Positions 1 through 9,063 are shown, numbered from the stretch's first letter. The stretch is 64,000 nt of DNA from Minisyncoccota bacterium (GCA_942491275.1 CALNZI010000007.1:63353-127352), one strand, 5' to 3'. Made by a program: numbers and translations. Notes: generated by a model from the sequence alone, not told the origin.

Positions 1-884
1 ACCTCAACATTTGGTATCATCTCTCTTGCAAAATCCAATTTTTTATCATATTGTCCAGCGATAATAACACCTTTAACATTTTTATCTTTAAAATTAGTTT
101 TTACCCAACCCATATACCTTGCTAGTTGCCCCACCGTATCATCACTTGTTTGATTTCTCTTTAATTCAATAACAACATAAGATTTGGTTTTTTTATCCTT
201 AACTAGAATATCAATTGGGCCAATTTCTGTTCTATACTGCTGACTTAAAAGTTCTCCTTCTTCAATTATTAAATCATATTTTTTACCAAGCTCTGTGTTG
301 TCCCAATTATGAATAATAAAATCTTCTAATTGTTTTTCCATATAGAATAATCCCTGATTCATTTCATTTACAATAGATGAAGTTGAAGATGGAACAGAAA
401 GAATTTTTTTATAATATTCTACAATAATATCAAGGTCGGAGTTTAAGTCTGTTTCGCTAGTTTTATTCTGTGAATCTGAATAGATATAATTAACTTTGTT
501 TTTATTAACTTCTATTTTGTAAGCTTTAAAAACGAAAGAATCTCCATACCGTGGAACTTTCTTGTCAAAGAAAGCATTTATCGTTGGAGCTGAATTCATT
601 ATTTCGGCTGGCCACGACTGTGGAGCAACTTCTGTTTCGCTAACACCGTAAGCTAAAATAAGTGTATGTATGTCCTTGTAGTAAAGATAAACGGGATTAA
701 TACCACGACTTACTTCTTGTCCTTCTGCTCGAATTCCAATCCAAGGTATCCTAGCAGGGGTTCCCATACCAAAAGAAGCTTTCATATTTAATCCATTCCA
801 CTCTCTAGAGTAAGGAGAGGTTTTTAGGTTATTAGTTTGTGCTTGTAAGATAAAACTGTTGAGTATTTCTTGTAATGATTTCAT
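1..884 (-). CDS. Type IV-like (modification-dependent) restriction endonuclease, N-terminal DUF3578/MrcB-like DNA-binding domain plus PD-(D/E)xK nuclease; 3' end runs off the window
   Basis: Reverse translation from the ATG at 882-884 gives MKSLQEILNSFILQAQTNNLK...GMGTPARIPWIGI, which resembles the MrcB_N/DUF3578 family. Downstream, IGPIDILVKD...YVVIELKR fits a D...ExK nuclease core. The ORF is absent from the ORF track because it is truncated by the window edge. Confidence 0.5.
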   Translation of the reverse strand, partial: MKSLQEILNSFILQAQTNNLKTSPYSREWNGLNMKASFGMGTPARIPWIGIRAEGQEVSRGINPVYLYYKDIHTLILAYGVSETEVAPQSWPAEIMNSAPTINAFFDKKVPRYGDSFVFKAYKIEVNKNKVNYIYSDSQNKTSETDLNSDLDIIVEYYKKILSVPSSTSSIVNEMNQGLFYMEKQLEDFIIHNWDNTELGKKYDLIIEEGELLSQQYRTEIGPIDILVKDKKTKSYVVIELKRNQTSDDTVGQLARYMGWVKTNFKDKNVKGVIIAGQYDKKLDFAREMIPNVE

Positions 885-885
885 T

Positions 886-1032
886 TTATTCTTTAATATT
901 ATTTATAAATTTATCAAATTCTTCATCTACAACTTTTTGACAAAGAATCCTTATAATACTAATTCTTTCAAGCACTTTTTCATCTGGAGCTTCTTCGTCT
1001 TCCATTATTTTTCTATATTCTTTAATGTTCAT
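886..1032 (-). CDS. Small 48-aa ORF immediately upstream of, and 1 nt from, the type IV-like gene; possible small regulator
   Basis: Minus-strand ORF MNIKEYRKIMEDEEAPDEKVLERISIIRILCQKVVDEEFDKFINNIKE. Its stop lies 1 nt before the next ATG, so it looks operon-coupled. It is below the ORF-track length cutoff. Confidence 0.3.
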   Translation of the reverse strand: MNIKEYRKIMEDEEAPDEKVLERISIIRILCQKVVDEEFDKFINNIKE

Positions 1033-1099
1033 ATTAAACTATTATTCTTTGTGGACCTCCTTTTATAACAAGAATTTGTATTAAAATATATTTTTGAGT

Positions 1100-1339
1100 T
1101 TAATCTTCTTCTTTTATGAACAACTGAACATCCTTGCCGTATTCTTCTATTACCTGTCTTCTCGCGTGAATTTTTGCGTTCTCTAGCGCTTTTTCTTTAG
1201 AATTACATACACCCTCTTTAATACTTAGACTATACGGGGTAAAAGTTGTAAGACCCCCTTCGCTTTTTACGAATTCGAACTTAGGAAGAAATTTCCCATC
1301 CTGCAAAGAAATAGAAGATATCAGCGCATATATTTTCAT
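1100..1339 (-). CDS. Hypothetical protein, weak HicB/UPF0150-like antitoxin resemblance
   Basis: 79 aa; ...GGLTTFTPYSLSIKEGVCNSKEKALENAKIHARRQV resembles the HicB motif (GGY.a.vPdLPGc...G.T.EEAlenA.eai). Confidence 0.3.
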   Translation of the reverse strand: MKIYALISSISLQDGKFLPKFEFVKSEGGLTTFTPYSLSIKEGVCNSKEKALENAKIHARRQVIEEYGKDVQLFIKEED

Positions 1340-1384
1340 AATATGAATTATACTATAATATCTTAATTTTGTTATACTACCAAT

Positions 1385-2749
1385 ATGGGCAAACCAACTA
1401 AAACAATAAAGGAAAAATTAGAAACAAAGTTATCTAAACTTCGTAAAGATGAAAATATAAAGATTACCAAGAAACAGGTAAAGGTGAACAAGCATATCCT
1501 TTTTAGGTATTCAACCAAGGAGATTGCATATACAAAAACTCGTTATTTTCCTTCTTTAAAAGAAGATATAAAAGAAGAAGATTTTACCGCTGTAATATTG
1601 CTTAAACACAATACTTTGAAATTTATTTCTGGTAATATGTGTAATCCGCCCAGAGGGGTAAAGAAAGTTATTGATATGGCTCGTCATTTGAGTCCTAAAA
1701 TAAATAAGATTATCGTTGGTGTAGAAAAAAATGAAATCAAAGGAGGTGTTGTATATATGACTGATGATTTATACCTAACCCTTGTATCAATCAACAAAGA
1801 AGAAGGGGTAGATAAAGTAACAAGAGTGAGAAATAGAGTTGCCCCTTTTCTTAAAAAACACTACAAATTAGAGTCAGAAGAGGAAAATACTGAACGAGAT
1901 TATTCTTTAATGCTTCAAGAAATTATTGCAACTAAAAAAATTTCTCAGAAAGATATCGCTGAATTAACAAGTGAACTCGATGGAGGTGAATATAATGAGG
2001 TTGTAATTAGAAAACAAATTAACAAACAAGCAGAATGGTTATTAAATTCTATCCAAACAATAGTTGATGAACCCGATCTACCAAAACCAAAAGCTCAAGA
2101 ATTAGGTGATAAATTTTTTAATTTCCCAAAAACAAGTATTTCAGGCCCAGAAGATTTAATGGAAAAAATTTTAACAAAGTATGGTCAGAATATTATTTTT
2201 GGGGTACCTGCCTTATTAAATATAAATAAATATGTTATATCCTCCACTGGGTTACCTAAATCACAATTTGATATTCTACTAATAAATCATTTATCAGATA
2301 TAGAAATAGTTGAGTTAAAACGTCCTGATGAATATTTATTAGAATATGATGCAAAAAGGAATAAATTTTATATATGCAAAACACTAGCGATAGCAACAGC
2401 TCAATCAGAACGTTATATCTCTGCAATACTTAAAGATAATGATAATGAATTCAAAATTAACGGTAAAACAATTCGTGAATTTATACAATCACAAGTAGGA
2501 GATACAATAATACTATCAATTTGTAGACCGAGAGCTTTAATTATTATTGGGACAATACAAAAAATAGCTAAACCCTACAAAGATTTAAACTCAGGAGAAA
2601 AAGTAGGAGTTTCTAAAAAAGATTATGAAAAGAACTTAGAAACAGCTTACAAAGAGCTGAAAGCTTCTTTTAGAAATATAGAAATAATAACATATTCAGA
2701 ACTTCTAGAAGGGGCAAGATTAAGACTACAGATTGCAAAAAATAATTAA
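1385..2749 (+). CDS. PD-(D/E)xK superfamily nuclease, candidate Shedu-like (DUF4263-type) defence protein
   Basis: 454 aa. The C-terminal half has FDILLINHLSD-IEIVELKRPDE (D...ExK) followed by TAQSERYI (QxxxY). This is the RecB/Cas4/DUF4263-type nuclease motif set, preceded by a long basic variable N-terminal region. Confidence 0.4.
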   Translation: MGKPTKTIKEKLETKLSKLRKDENIKITKKQVKVNKHILFRYSTKEIAYTKTRYFPSLKEDIKEEDFTAVILLKHNTLKFISGNMCNPPRGVKKVIDMARHLSPKINKIIVGVEKNEIKGGVVYMTDDLYLTLVSINKEEGVDKVTRVRNRVAPFLKKHYKLESEEENTERDYSLMLQEIIATKKISQKDIAELTSELDGGEYNEVVIRKQINKQAEWLLNSIQTIVDEPDLPKPKAQELGDKFFNFPKTSISGPEDLMEKILTKYGQNIIFGVPALLNINKYVISSTGLPKSQFDILLINHLSDIEIVELKRPDEYLLEYDAKRNKFYICKTLAIATAQSERYISAILKDNDNEFKINGKTIREFIQSQVGDTIILSICRPRALIIIGTIQKIAKPYKDLNSGEKVGVSKKDYEKNLETAYKELKASFRNIEIITYSELLEGARLRLQIAKNN

Positions 2750-2751
2750 AT

Positions 2752-3456
2752 TTAAATCCTTCTATTAATCAGATTCTCCTGATGAGTTTGAATCATTTGT
2801 TCTAAATAATTTTTCCAGTTAAAATCATCAAATATAGACTTAATTAATTCACGGCTTATTTCAAGGTGATTGGTTGCTATGTTTTCTTTTTTAATTTCAT
2901 AGTCTACTTTAACTTTAGGCATCCTGCAAATATACCCAGCATTAAAAGAAAAAATAGATGAACTAAAAATTGATTCAAGTTCTCTATCTCGGGTATTGTT
3001 AATTTCTATGGTAAGGTTGCCACCCTCGATATTTGTATTTTCAATTAAATTTTTTACAAATAAAACAATCTCCGTTATTTTATAAATAAGCCCAAGAAAA
3101 TCTAAATATTTTCCTTTTTCGAGTGGTTCTCCACGTAATTCACCAAGAGTATCCTCTCTTAATGCAAAAATAGAAAGAAATTGACCACTTTGATAAAAAC
3201 GAGATATTTCTATTATCCCTTGCCACGATACATAAAATTCCACCCCATTTCCTATAGAATAAGGTCTTTTCCCGTCTTCCTTATCTTCTATTGGAATATG
3301 AGGAAAGCTCCAACCCCTTAAATTTACTTTGGATTTTTCTAAAACCTCTGAGAGATTTTTCTTTGAAATACGATTCCCATCATAAAACTTTGGTTCAAAA
3401 ATAACCTTCACATTACCTATTCTTTTTAATTCTCCTTTGATTTCTTCTACACTCAT
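2752..3456 (-). CDS. Hypothetical protein, translationally coupled partner of the AlbA_2/Schlafen-domain gene
   Basis: 234 aa with no recognisable motif. Its start overlaps the stop of the upstream gene 3460..4101 (ATGA-type coupling). Confidence 0.4.
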   Translation of the reverse strand: MSVEEIKGELKRIGNVKVIFEPKFYDGNRISKKNLSEVLEKSKVNLRGWSFPHIPIEDKEDGKRPYSIGNGVEFYVSWQGIIEISRFYQSGQFLSIFALREDTLGELRGEPLEKGKYLDFLGLIYKITEIVLFVKNLIENTNIEGGNLTIEINNTRDRELESIFSSSIFSFNAGYICRMPKVKVDYEIKKENIATNHLEISRELIKSIFDDFNWKNYLEQMIQTHQENLINRRI

Positions 3457-3459
3457 AAT

Positions 3460-4101
3460 TTATTCAAAACCCTTTCTTTCTTTCTCAAAAAGAGATTTGT
3501 CACTTTTAGTAATAATATTCTCTGTCTCGTGCTTCCATCCTCGTTTATGTAAATTGGATATTTGTTTATCAGTAATTCTATCTAAAAAGTCTTGAATATC
3601 TACAGGATTACTTAGTCTAACAGAAGAAGGTTTATCTTTTAAAGTTCTTACATATATTGCTCCTTCTTCTAAAATTTTATCTTTATGTTCTCCATTTCTT
3701 CTACAAACAGAAGGATTTAAAATAAACTCCGCTACACTTATTACTATGTAATTTTTCTTTTTATAAGAACCTAGTCCTATTTCATAGTTAACTGGTGAAC
3801 TGGAAAAAGACTCAACTTTGGCTTTCAAATTTTCTACATTAAAATCAGACAAGTGTTCCTTTTCTATTCCTGTGAAATCTAAAGTTCTATCTTTTTTTTC
3901 TTTTACTCCAATAACTATATATCCACCATCTCGTATGTTAGACATAGCAAAAATTGAACGTATTAATTTTTCTCTCATCCATACATCAATTTTTAAATCA
4001 AAACCTGATTTAAATTCGACGTTCAAGCTCTCAGCATTTCCTTGTAGCACTTCTTGGATTTTATTTTCAGGTAGTTCTTTCATAGCTATTTCTTTAAACA
4101 T
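3460..4101 (-). CDS. AlbA_2 / Schlafen-like (divergent AAA) DNA-binding domain protein
   Basis: ESLNVEFKSGFDLKID...LIRSIFAMSNIRDGGYIVIGVKEKKDRTLDFTGI matches the AlbA_2 (PF04326) signature (E.e.lEfK......i.k.i.AfaNt.GGyl.iGv.d.g.i.G). Confidence 0.55.
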   Translation of the reverse strand: MFKEIAMKELPENKIQEVLQGNAESLNVEFKSGFDLKIDVWMREKLIRSIFAMSNIRDGGYIVIGVKEKKDRTLDFTGIEKEHLSDFNVENLKAKVESFSSSPVNYEIGLGSYKKKNYIVISVAEFILNPSVCRRNGEHKDKILEEGAIYVRTLKDKPSSVRLSNPVDIQDFLDRITDKQISNLHKRGWKHETENIITKSDKSLFEKERKGFE

Positions 4102-4285
4102 CTATTAATTTCTATTATGGTAACCATATTTGAATTATATCTTTATATGAAACAAAGTAAAGTTTAATTTTCCCATATTATAGTAAGGTCTTATAAAACA
4201 CCCCCTATCATCCCTTAAAATGACAAAACCTTGCAAAATAAGAATATCCTGTAAACAAGTATGATAATAAATGATAAGATTATGT

Positions 4286-4534
4286 TTATATTTTATCTTC
4301 TTTATTATCAAGACTGGGGTATTTTATTTTAGGTTCTTTAAAAATTCTATCCAGCTTAGATTGTATGTATTCCAGATAATTCAATTTACTCATTATTCCA
4401 TCTTTTCTTCCATACCCAAATAAACCACTTTTAAAATAATTTAATAAATTAATAATTTTTAAAAACCTTCTAAGAACTAGGTGGAGTTGAGTTACTATTA
4501 TGACCAATAAAATTATAATTAATGTTTCTTTCAT
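4286..4534 (-). CDS. Small hypothetical membrane protein
   Basis: 82 aa with an N-terminal hydrophobic helix (LIIILLVIIVTQLHLVL). Confidence 0.3.
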   Translation of the reverse strand: MKETLIIILLVIIVTQLHLVLRRFLKIINLLNYFKSGLFGYGRKDGIMSKLNYLEYIQSKLDRIFKEPKIKYPSLDNKEDKI

Positions 4535-4562
4535 AGTATTTATTAGCTAGAATACAAAAAGC

Positions 4563-4668
4563 TCCTAGCCAGCGATAACCCGAGGATTATCCATATCCGT
4601 TTCCAGATATGACGCAATCAAGCGTGAACTCTGACTAGGAGTTCTTTATTCTTGATTGCGTTTTTGAC
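4563..4668 (+). ncRNA. Candidate structured RNA or terminator-like element
   Basis: An 11-bp stem (ctcctagccag 4563-4573 / ctgactaggag 4631-4641) and a second 10-bp stem (cgcaatcaag 4613-4622 / cttgattgcg 4651-4660) interleave in a pseudoknot-like or alternative-structure arrangement. The second stem is followed by a T-run. Confidence 0.2.
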
Positions 4669-4745
4669 CATATCTTAGAGAAGTCTCTAAGGGTTAGGTC
4701 TCTTATTTACTTGTAATTGAATAATACCAGTATTCGGTCTTTTTG

Positions 4746-4994
4746 TTAATGTCTTTTTACTCTTCTTTCAGTTAAGATGTGTAACTTTAAAGCAGTAGAA
4801 AAATAATAAAGACAAGGGTTCCTTATAATTTGTTTAGCTTCAAGAGGTGTTATTTTCATAGTTATTCCATTAGCGCAATAGTAAAACTTTCTATTTTTTC
4901 TAATAACTTCTGTCTTATACTTAAAGAGGTCACAATTGTGAATTTGAGCTATATTACTTTTAATAAGCCTAATATTTAATTTAATTATCTCCAT
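4746..4994 (-). CDS. Hypothetical protein
   Basis: 82-aa ORF, basic, no motif. Confidence 0.25.
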   Translation of the reverse strand: MEIIKLNIRLIKSNIAQIHNCDLFKYKTEVIRKNRKFYYCANGITMKITPLEAKQIIRNPCLYYFSTALKLHILTERRVKRH

Positions 4995-5513
4995 AAAATT
5001 AAAAAATTCCTCTACTAATGAGGAAAGATAGCCGACTAATTATCTTTCCCTTACAGGCTGAATGAAGCACTTTGCTATTTCTAGTAAGTTGCTGGAGGGT
5101 CATAGAGTCAGTTCTCTCGCCTCGCTCTTGATACACGTATTTAGTTGTAATTAAATTATAATCTAAAATTTATATAATAGCAAAAAGTGTCTATTTATTA
5201 ACATTTTATACACAAATATTCTCCACTTCCTTAAATCAGAGATTTTTATTTGTATGCTATAATATAAGTAATTGAGTTCTTTGAATATTATAACTAAATC
5301 TAGCAACAACTACTGCTTGGCTCGCAGTTTAAAAATTGCCTTAAATTGGTTTAACTAGATAAAGTTTTGGATAATATTGTGAAGTAAGTGAGGATGAGGG
5401 GAGCTCAACCCCTAAAAATGATTCAAGTCAGCATCAACTAACTGTGTAAGATTAGACCAAGATAACAAAAATACTTATGGTGTTTTGTTATTTTAGTCTA
5501 GTTTTAGCACAAA

Positions 5514-5548
5514 ATAAAAACACCTAATAGAATGGGTGTTTTTATTTT
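5514..5548. terminator. Rho-independent terminator hairpin (bidirectional A/T flanks)
   Basis: aaaaacacc-taatagaat-ggtgttttt. Confidence 0.5.
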
Positions 5549-5682
5549 TCTAAATTAAATAAAAATATCGTGTTTAATTTACCGACATTTAAAAGTCCTT
5601 TTATGGCTTTGTAGGTCGTCTTGTCGGTAAACCTACATAGCCATAAGAGGATTTTGTTCTTTATAAACTAACTTATACAAAA

Positions 5683-5910
5683 ATGCGAAGTATAGAAAGA
5701 AAGTTTAAGAAAATTAAATCTTCTAATCCCTACTTAGGAGCATATCCTTGTCTGGTGCAGGCAATCAAAAATAAGAATTATGTAAGAAGGTCTCTCCTTA
5801 ATGCTTTCAAAAAACTTATGCCCGATGACGAATATGCTAAAGATGAAAAAAAAGAACTTGTTGATTATCTAGAGAAGATGACTAAACCCTCTGAGGAGGA
5901 CGAATTTTGA
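5683..5910 (+). CDS. Hypothetical small protein
   Basis: 75-aa ORF. Confidence 0.3.
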   Translation: MRSIERKFKKIKSSNPYLGAYPCLVQAIKNKNYVRRSLLNAFKKLMPDDEYAKDEKKELVDYLEKMTKPSEEDEF

Positions 5911-6541
5911 ACTAAATTTCGTCCAGGAAGCATTTAAAAAAGAAAAATGGAACTAAGTTCAAATGCAAAAAAAGACCTTCAAGAAACCTTTAAATTAGAA
6001 ATAAATCTAGAAAATTTAAGTGATGAAGAATTAAACAAAATTGGTTTATTTTTACTTGAGATTTATGGGCAAGGATTAAAAAGAAGGAGTCGTTTAACAA
6101 TTTAATATCTAACACAGCTTTAGGGGGAATGCTGTATAAACCACTCCTACACCTAAAACAATAAGTAATAAATTGGGTTCAGATGCGATAGCTTGGAAAA
6201 ACAGTTGCTTTACACCGTTTAAAATGTTAAATCATTTTGCTCTGTCCGAGCCATTTGATTTGAATCTAATTTGTTAATTATAAAAAGTAAATTCTAAAGG
6301 TAATTGTACTTGTTTATAAATAGATATTAATAAATATTAACTATAATTAATTACCTAACCCCGTAAAGGAATCAAAGGTAAAAGGGGTGGACTGTATCTA
6401 AAATAAGCAAAATTTTATAATTAAATAAGCCAGACTAAATGAAGATTCATAAGCCGTTTTAGAAATGCTTGTGAATAAAAACGAGGTAACAACCATTTAG
6501 TCTGGCGATTAAGTAAAGTTGTTGCCTCATTTTTATTTATT

Positions 6542-8221
6542 ATGGAACAAGTAGATTTTAAAAAATTAAAACCGGGTAATTATAATCGTAAATCTTCAGA
6601 AAGTGAAGATAGGCAAGTTTTATCAATTCAATCTCAGATTGATGAAGCTAACAGAATAGCAAGCTTTTATCAATTACCTCCTTTTATAGAAGTTTTTAAA
6701 GAATCCAAATCGGCTAAAACAGAATATCTGAGACCAGAATTTTCTAAGATGATGGCGATGATAGAGAGGGGAGATATAGACTCAGTAGTGTGCTGGAAAC
6801 CAGATAGACTAGCTAGAAATATGACTGAAGGTGGGCAAATAATTGATGCTCTAAGTTCTGGAAAGATTAAAGCTATTATTACTCACGATAAAGTTTTCTA
6901 TCCTTGGGATAACGTAATAGTTTTAGCGGTTGAATTTGGTCAAGGAAAACAATTTATAAAAGAATTGTCAGTAAATGTTAAACGTGGACAAACAAAGAAA
7001 GCAATGATGGGTTATCCTCACGGGCTATCTGCTCTTGGTTTTAAAAATGATAGAACCGAAGAAAAAGGTAATCGTAAATGGTTAGTTGATGAAATGAGGT
7101 TACCAGTAATAAAAGAAATGTTAAAAATGTTTTTATCTGGAAACTATTCAGGTAGCCAAATTTATCTTTGGACTAGGGATAATGTAAAATTAACAACCCC
7201 TAAGCATAAAAAGATTGGAGGGGCATTAATTAGTTACTCTAGAGTATATGAAATTCTTAAAGACCCAATATATGCTGGATTCTTTTATTACGGAGGAAAA
7301 AGGTATGAACTTACAAAAGAATTACCAAGACTAATAACCGAAGAAGAGCATAGAAAAATTTTAAGAATGCTCTCTGGTAGAGCTTTGCCTAAGACACAAA
7401 TCTATGAAAGTCCTTACTCTGGCTTTGTAAGGTCTCCTGACGGTGAGTTTGTTGGAGTTGATATGAAATGTCAAATTATTTGTGAGTGTAAATATAAATT
7501 TTCATATTTAAATAAAACTAACTGTCCTAAATGTGGCATAAAAATAGATGAAATCAATAGCCCTAAATACTTAAATTATTCCTATTATTACAATGTCGCA
7601 AAAAGAAAAAGGAGGGAGTCTGTGAAATACATTGAGGAGGGCGAAATAACGAGCTTTTTTCGCTCATACGTTGAGAAAAATCTAATTATGTCTAAATCAT
7701 TAGCTGAGTGGTGTAAAAGGCATATACAAGAAATTAAGGATAAGGAAATTCAGATTGGATTGGTGGAATCTACTAACAACACCAAAAGAATAGAGCAATT
7801 AGAAAAACGTAAAATCCGATACAGGGAAATGCTGGCTGATGGTCAGATTGATTCAATTGAATATGAAATAGATATTAAAAAAATAAAAGAGGAAATTAAT
7901 AAAATCAATAATTCAAAAAACAAAACTAACGATTGGCATAAAGTAGCTAATGATATTATAGATTTAACTACAGAGATGATTGAAACCATAAACGGGGACT
8001 CAATAAAAGATAAAAGAAGTATGTTAACAAGACTTGGTTCGAACCTAATCTGGAATGAAAAAAAACTCAATATTATCAACACAGAAGCAGTTCAAAAGCT
8101 TATAGATGGATTAAATAAGACTAAACAGATAAATCCTAAGTTCGAACCTAAAAAAACCCTTGCAAACAAAGATAAAACAGAGGTTTTTGCCTCTGTTTGT
8201 TCTACTTTGCTCCGTGGGTAG
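6542..8221 (+). CDS. Large serine recombinase (resolvase/invertase catalytic domain, recombinase domain and zinc ribbon)
   Basis: N-terminal GNYNRKSSESEDRQVLSIQSQ (Y-R-SS catalytic serine motif), ...DRLARN, a long recombinase domain and a CxxC...CPKCG zinc ribbon. The stop codon overlaps the 3' end of tRNA-Asn. Confidence 0.8.
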   Translation: MEQVDFKKLKPGNYNRKSSESEDRQVLSIQSQIDEANRIASFYQLPPFIEVFKESKSAKTEYLRPEFSKMMAMIERGDIDSVVCWKPDRLARNMTEGGQIIDALSSGKIKAIITHDKVFYPWDNVIVLAVEFGQGKQFIKELSVNVKRGQTKKAMMGYPHGLSALGFKNDRTEEKGNRKWLVDEMRLPVIKEMLKMFLSGNYSGSQIYLWTRDNVKLTTPKHKKIGGALISYSRVYEILKDPIYAGFFYYGGKRYELTKELPRLITEEEHRKILRMLSGRALPKTQIYESPYSGFVRSPDGEFVGVDMKCQIICECKYKFSYLNKTNCPKCGIKIDEINSPKYLNYSYYYNVAKRKRRESVKYIEEGEITSFFRSYVEKNLIMSKSLAEWCKRHIQEIKDKEIQIGLVESTNNTKRIEQLEKRKIRYREMLADGQIDSIEYEIDIKKIKEEINKINNSKNKTNDWHKVANDIIDLTTEMIETINGDSIKDKRSMLTRLGSNLIWNEKKLNIINTEAVQKLIDGLNKTKQINPKFEPKKTLANKDKTEVFASVCSTLLRG

Positions 8222-8281
8222 GGATCGAACCTACGACCAATCGCTTAACAGGCGACCGCTCTACCGCTGAGCTACCACGGA
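8209..8281 (-). tRNA. tRNA-Asn (anticodon GUU)
   Basis: Reverse complement folds as a cloverleaf: acceptor UCCGUGG/CCACGGA, anticodon loop CUGUUAA, T-loop GGTTCGATCC. Confidence 0.8.
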
Positions 8282-8485
8282 ATGTTCATTAAACAAACAA
8301 GTTTATACTATCAAAAAAAGACCCGAAATGCAAAAGAATTATAAATTGCCGGGAGAGTATGTTTATTGACAAATTTAAATAAGGATGTTAATGTCGTTAG
8401 TAACAATGTAATTTTTTAAAGTAATTTTATGGGTTCTCGAAGAAGATAAGTTATTATCTTTTATGAAAACCTATAAAATTATTAT

Positions 8486-8761
8486 ATGTCACAATCTAAA
8501 AAAAATGTACTTGTTGTTCAAATCTTTTCAAAAAAATATGAAACATTTTTTGATAGGGATAAACAACAAAGATTTATTTCTGATCCTTATTTTGTAAAGT
8601 TATATGATTTTGGATGCGTTAACGCGATTAAAATTCATAAAGCTTTTATAAATCAAAATTTAACAGAGGAAGAATATCTTCAATTTTTTATTAAATTAGG
8701 GTATTCTATAAAAATGGTCCTTAAGTTATTTCCAGATTTGGAGATTAGAAACTTGTCATAA
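8486..8761 (+). CDS. Hypothetical protein
   Basis: 91-aa ORF preceded by a TTGACA..TAATGT promoter-like sequence near 8366. Confidence 0.35.
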   Translation: MSQSKKNVLVVQIFSKKYETFFDRDKQQRFISDPYFVKLYDFGCVNAIKIHKAFINQNLTEEEYLQFFIKLGYSIKMVLKLFPDLEIRNLS

Positions 8762-8772
8762 TATTTTAAAAG

Positions 8773-8798
8773 CATCCTTAAATTTAGGATGTTTTTTT
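8773..8798 (+). terminator. Rho-independent terminator
   Basis: catcct-taaattt-aggatg followed by ttttttt. Confidence 0.5.
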
Positions 8799-9063
8799 AT
8801 AATAATTTTGCTAAAAAACTTATAACAGGATATAATAAGCTAATCTTATTAATAATATAAATCGTCTGACATTTACGGAATAATGACGAATTTAAGAAAT
8901 ATATGCCCAAAAGAGCTTCCGCGTTACACGCGCACTTAAAATCAAGACATTCTAAGAAAACAAAGAAAAGACTTGCTATTAAGAAAGTTATGTTAGAAGA
9001 AAAGGCTAGTAAAAGAAAGTCAAAATAAACATCAGGCCCGTTGAGGGCTTTTTGTTTATGTGG

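Noticed and set aside
859-1068. Plus-strand 69-aa ORF in the ORF track.
   Set aside because: Low-complexity Phe/Ile-rich translation that is antisense to a better-supported minus-strand small ORF (886..1032) coupled to the type IV-like gene.
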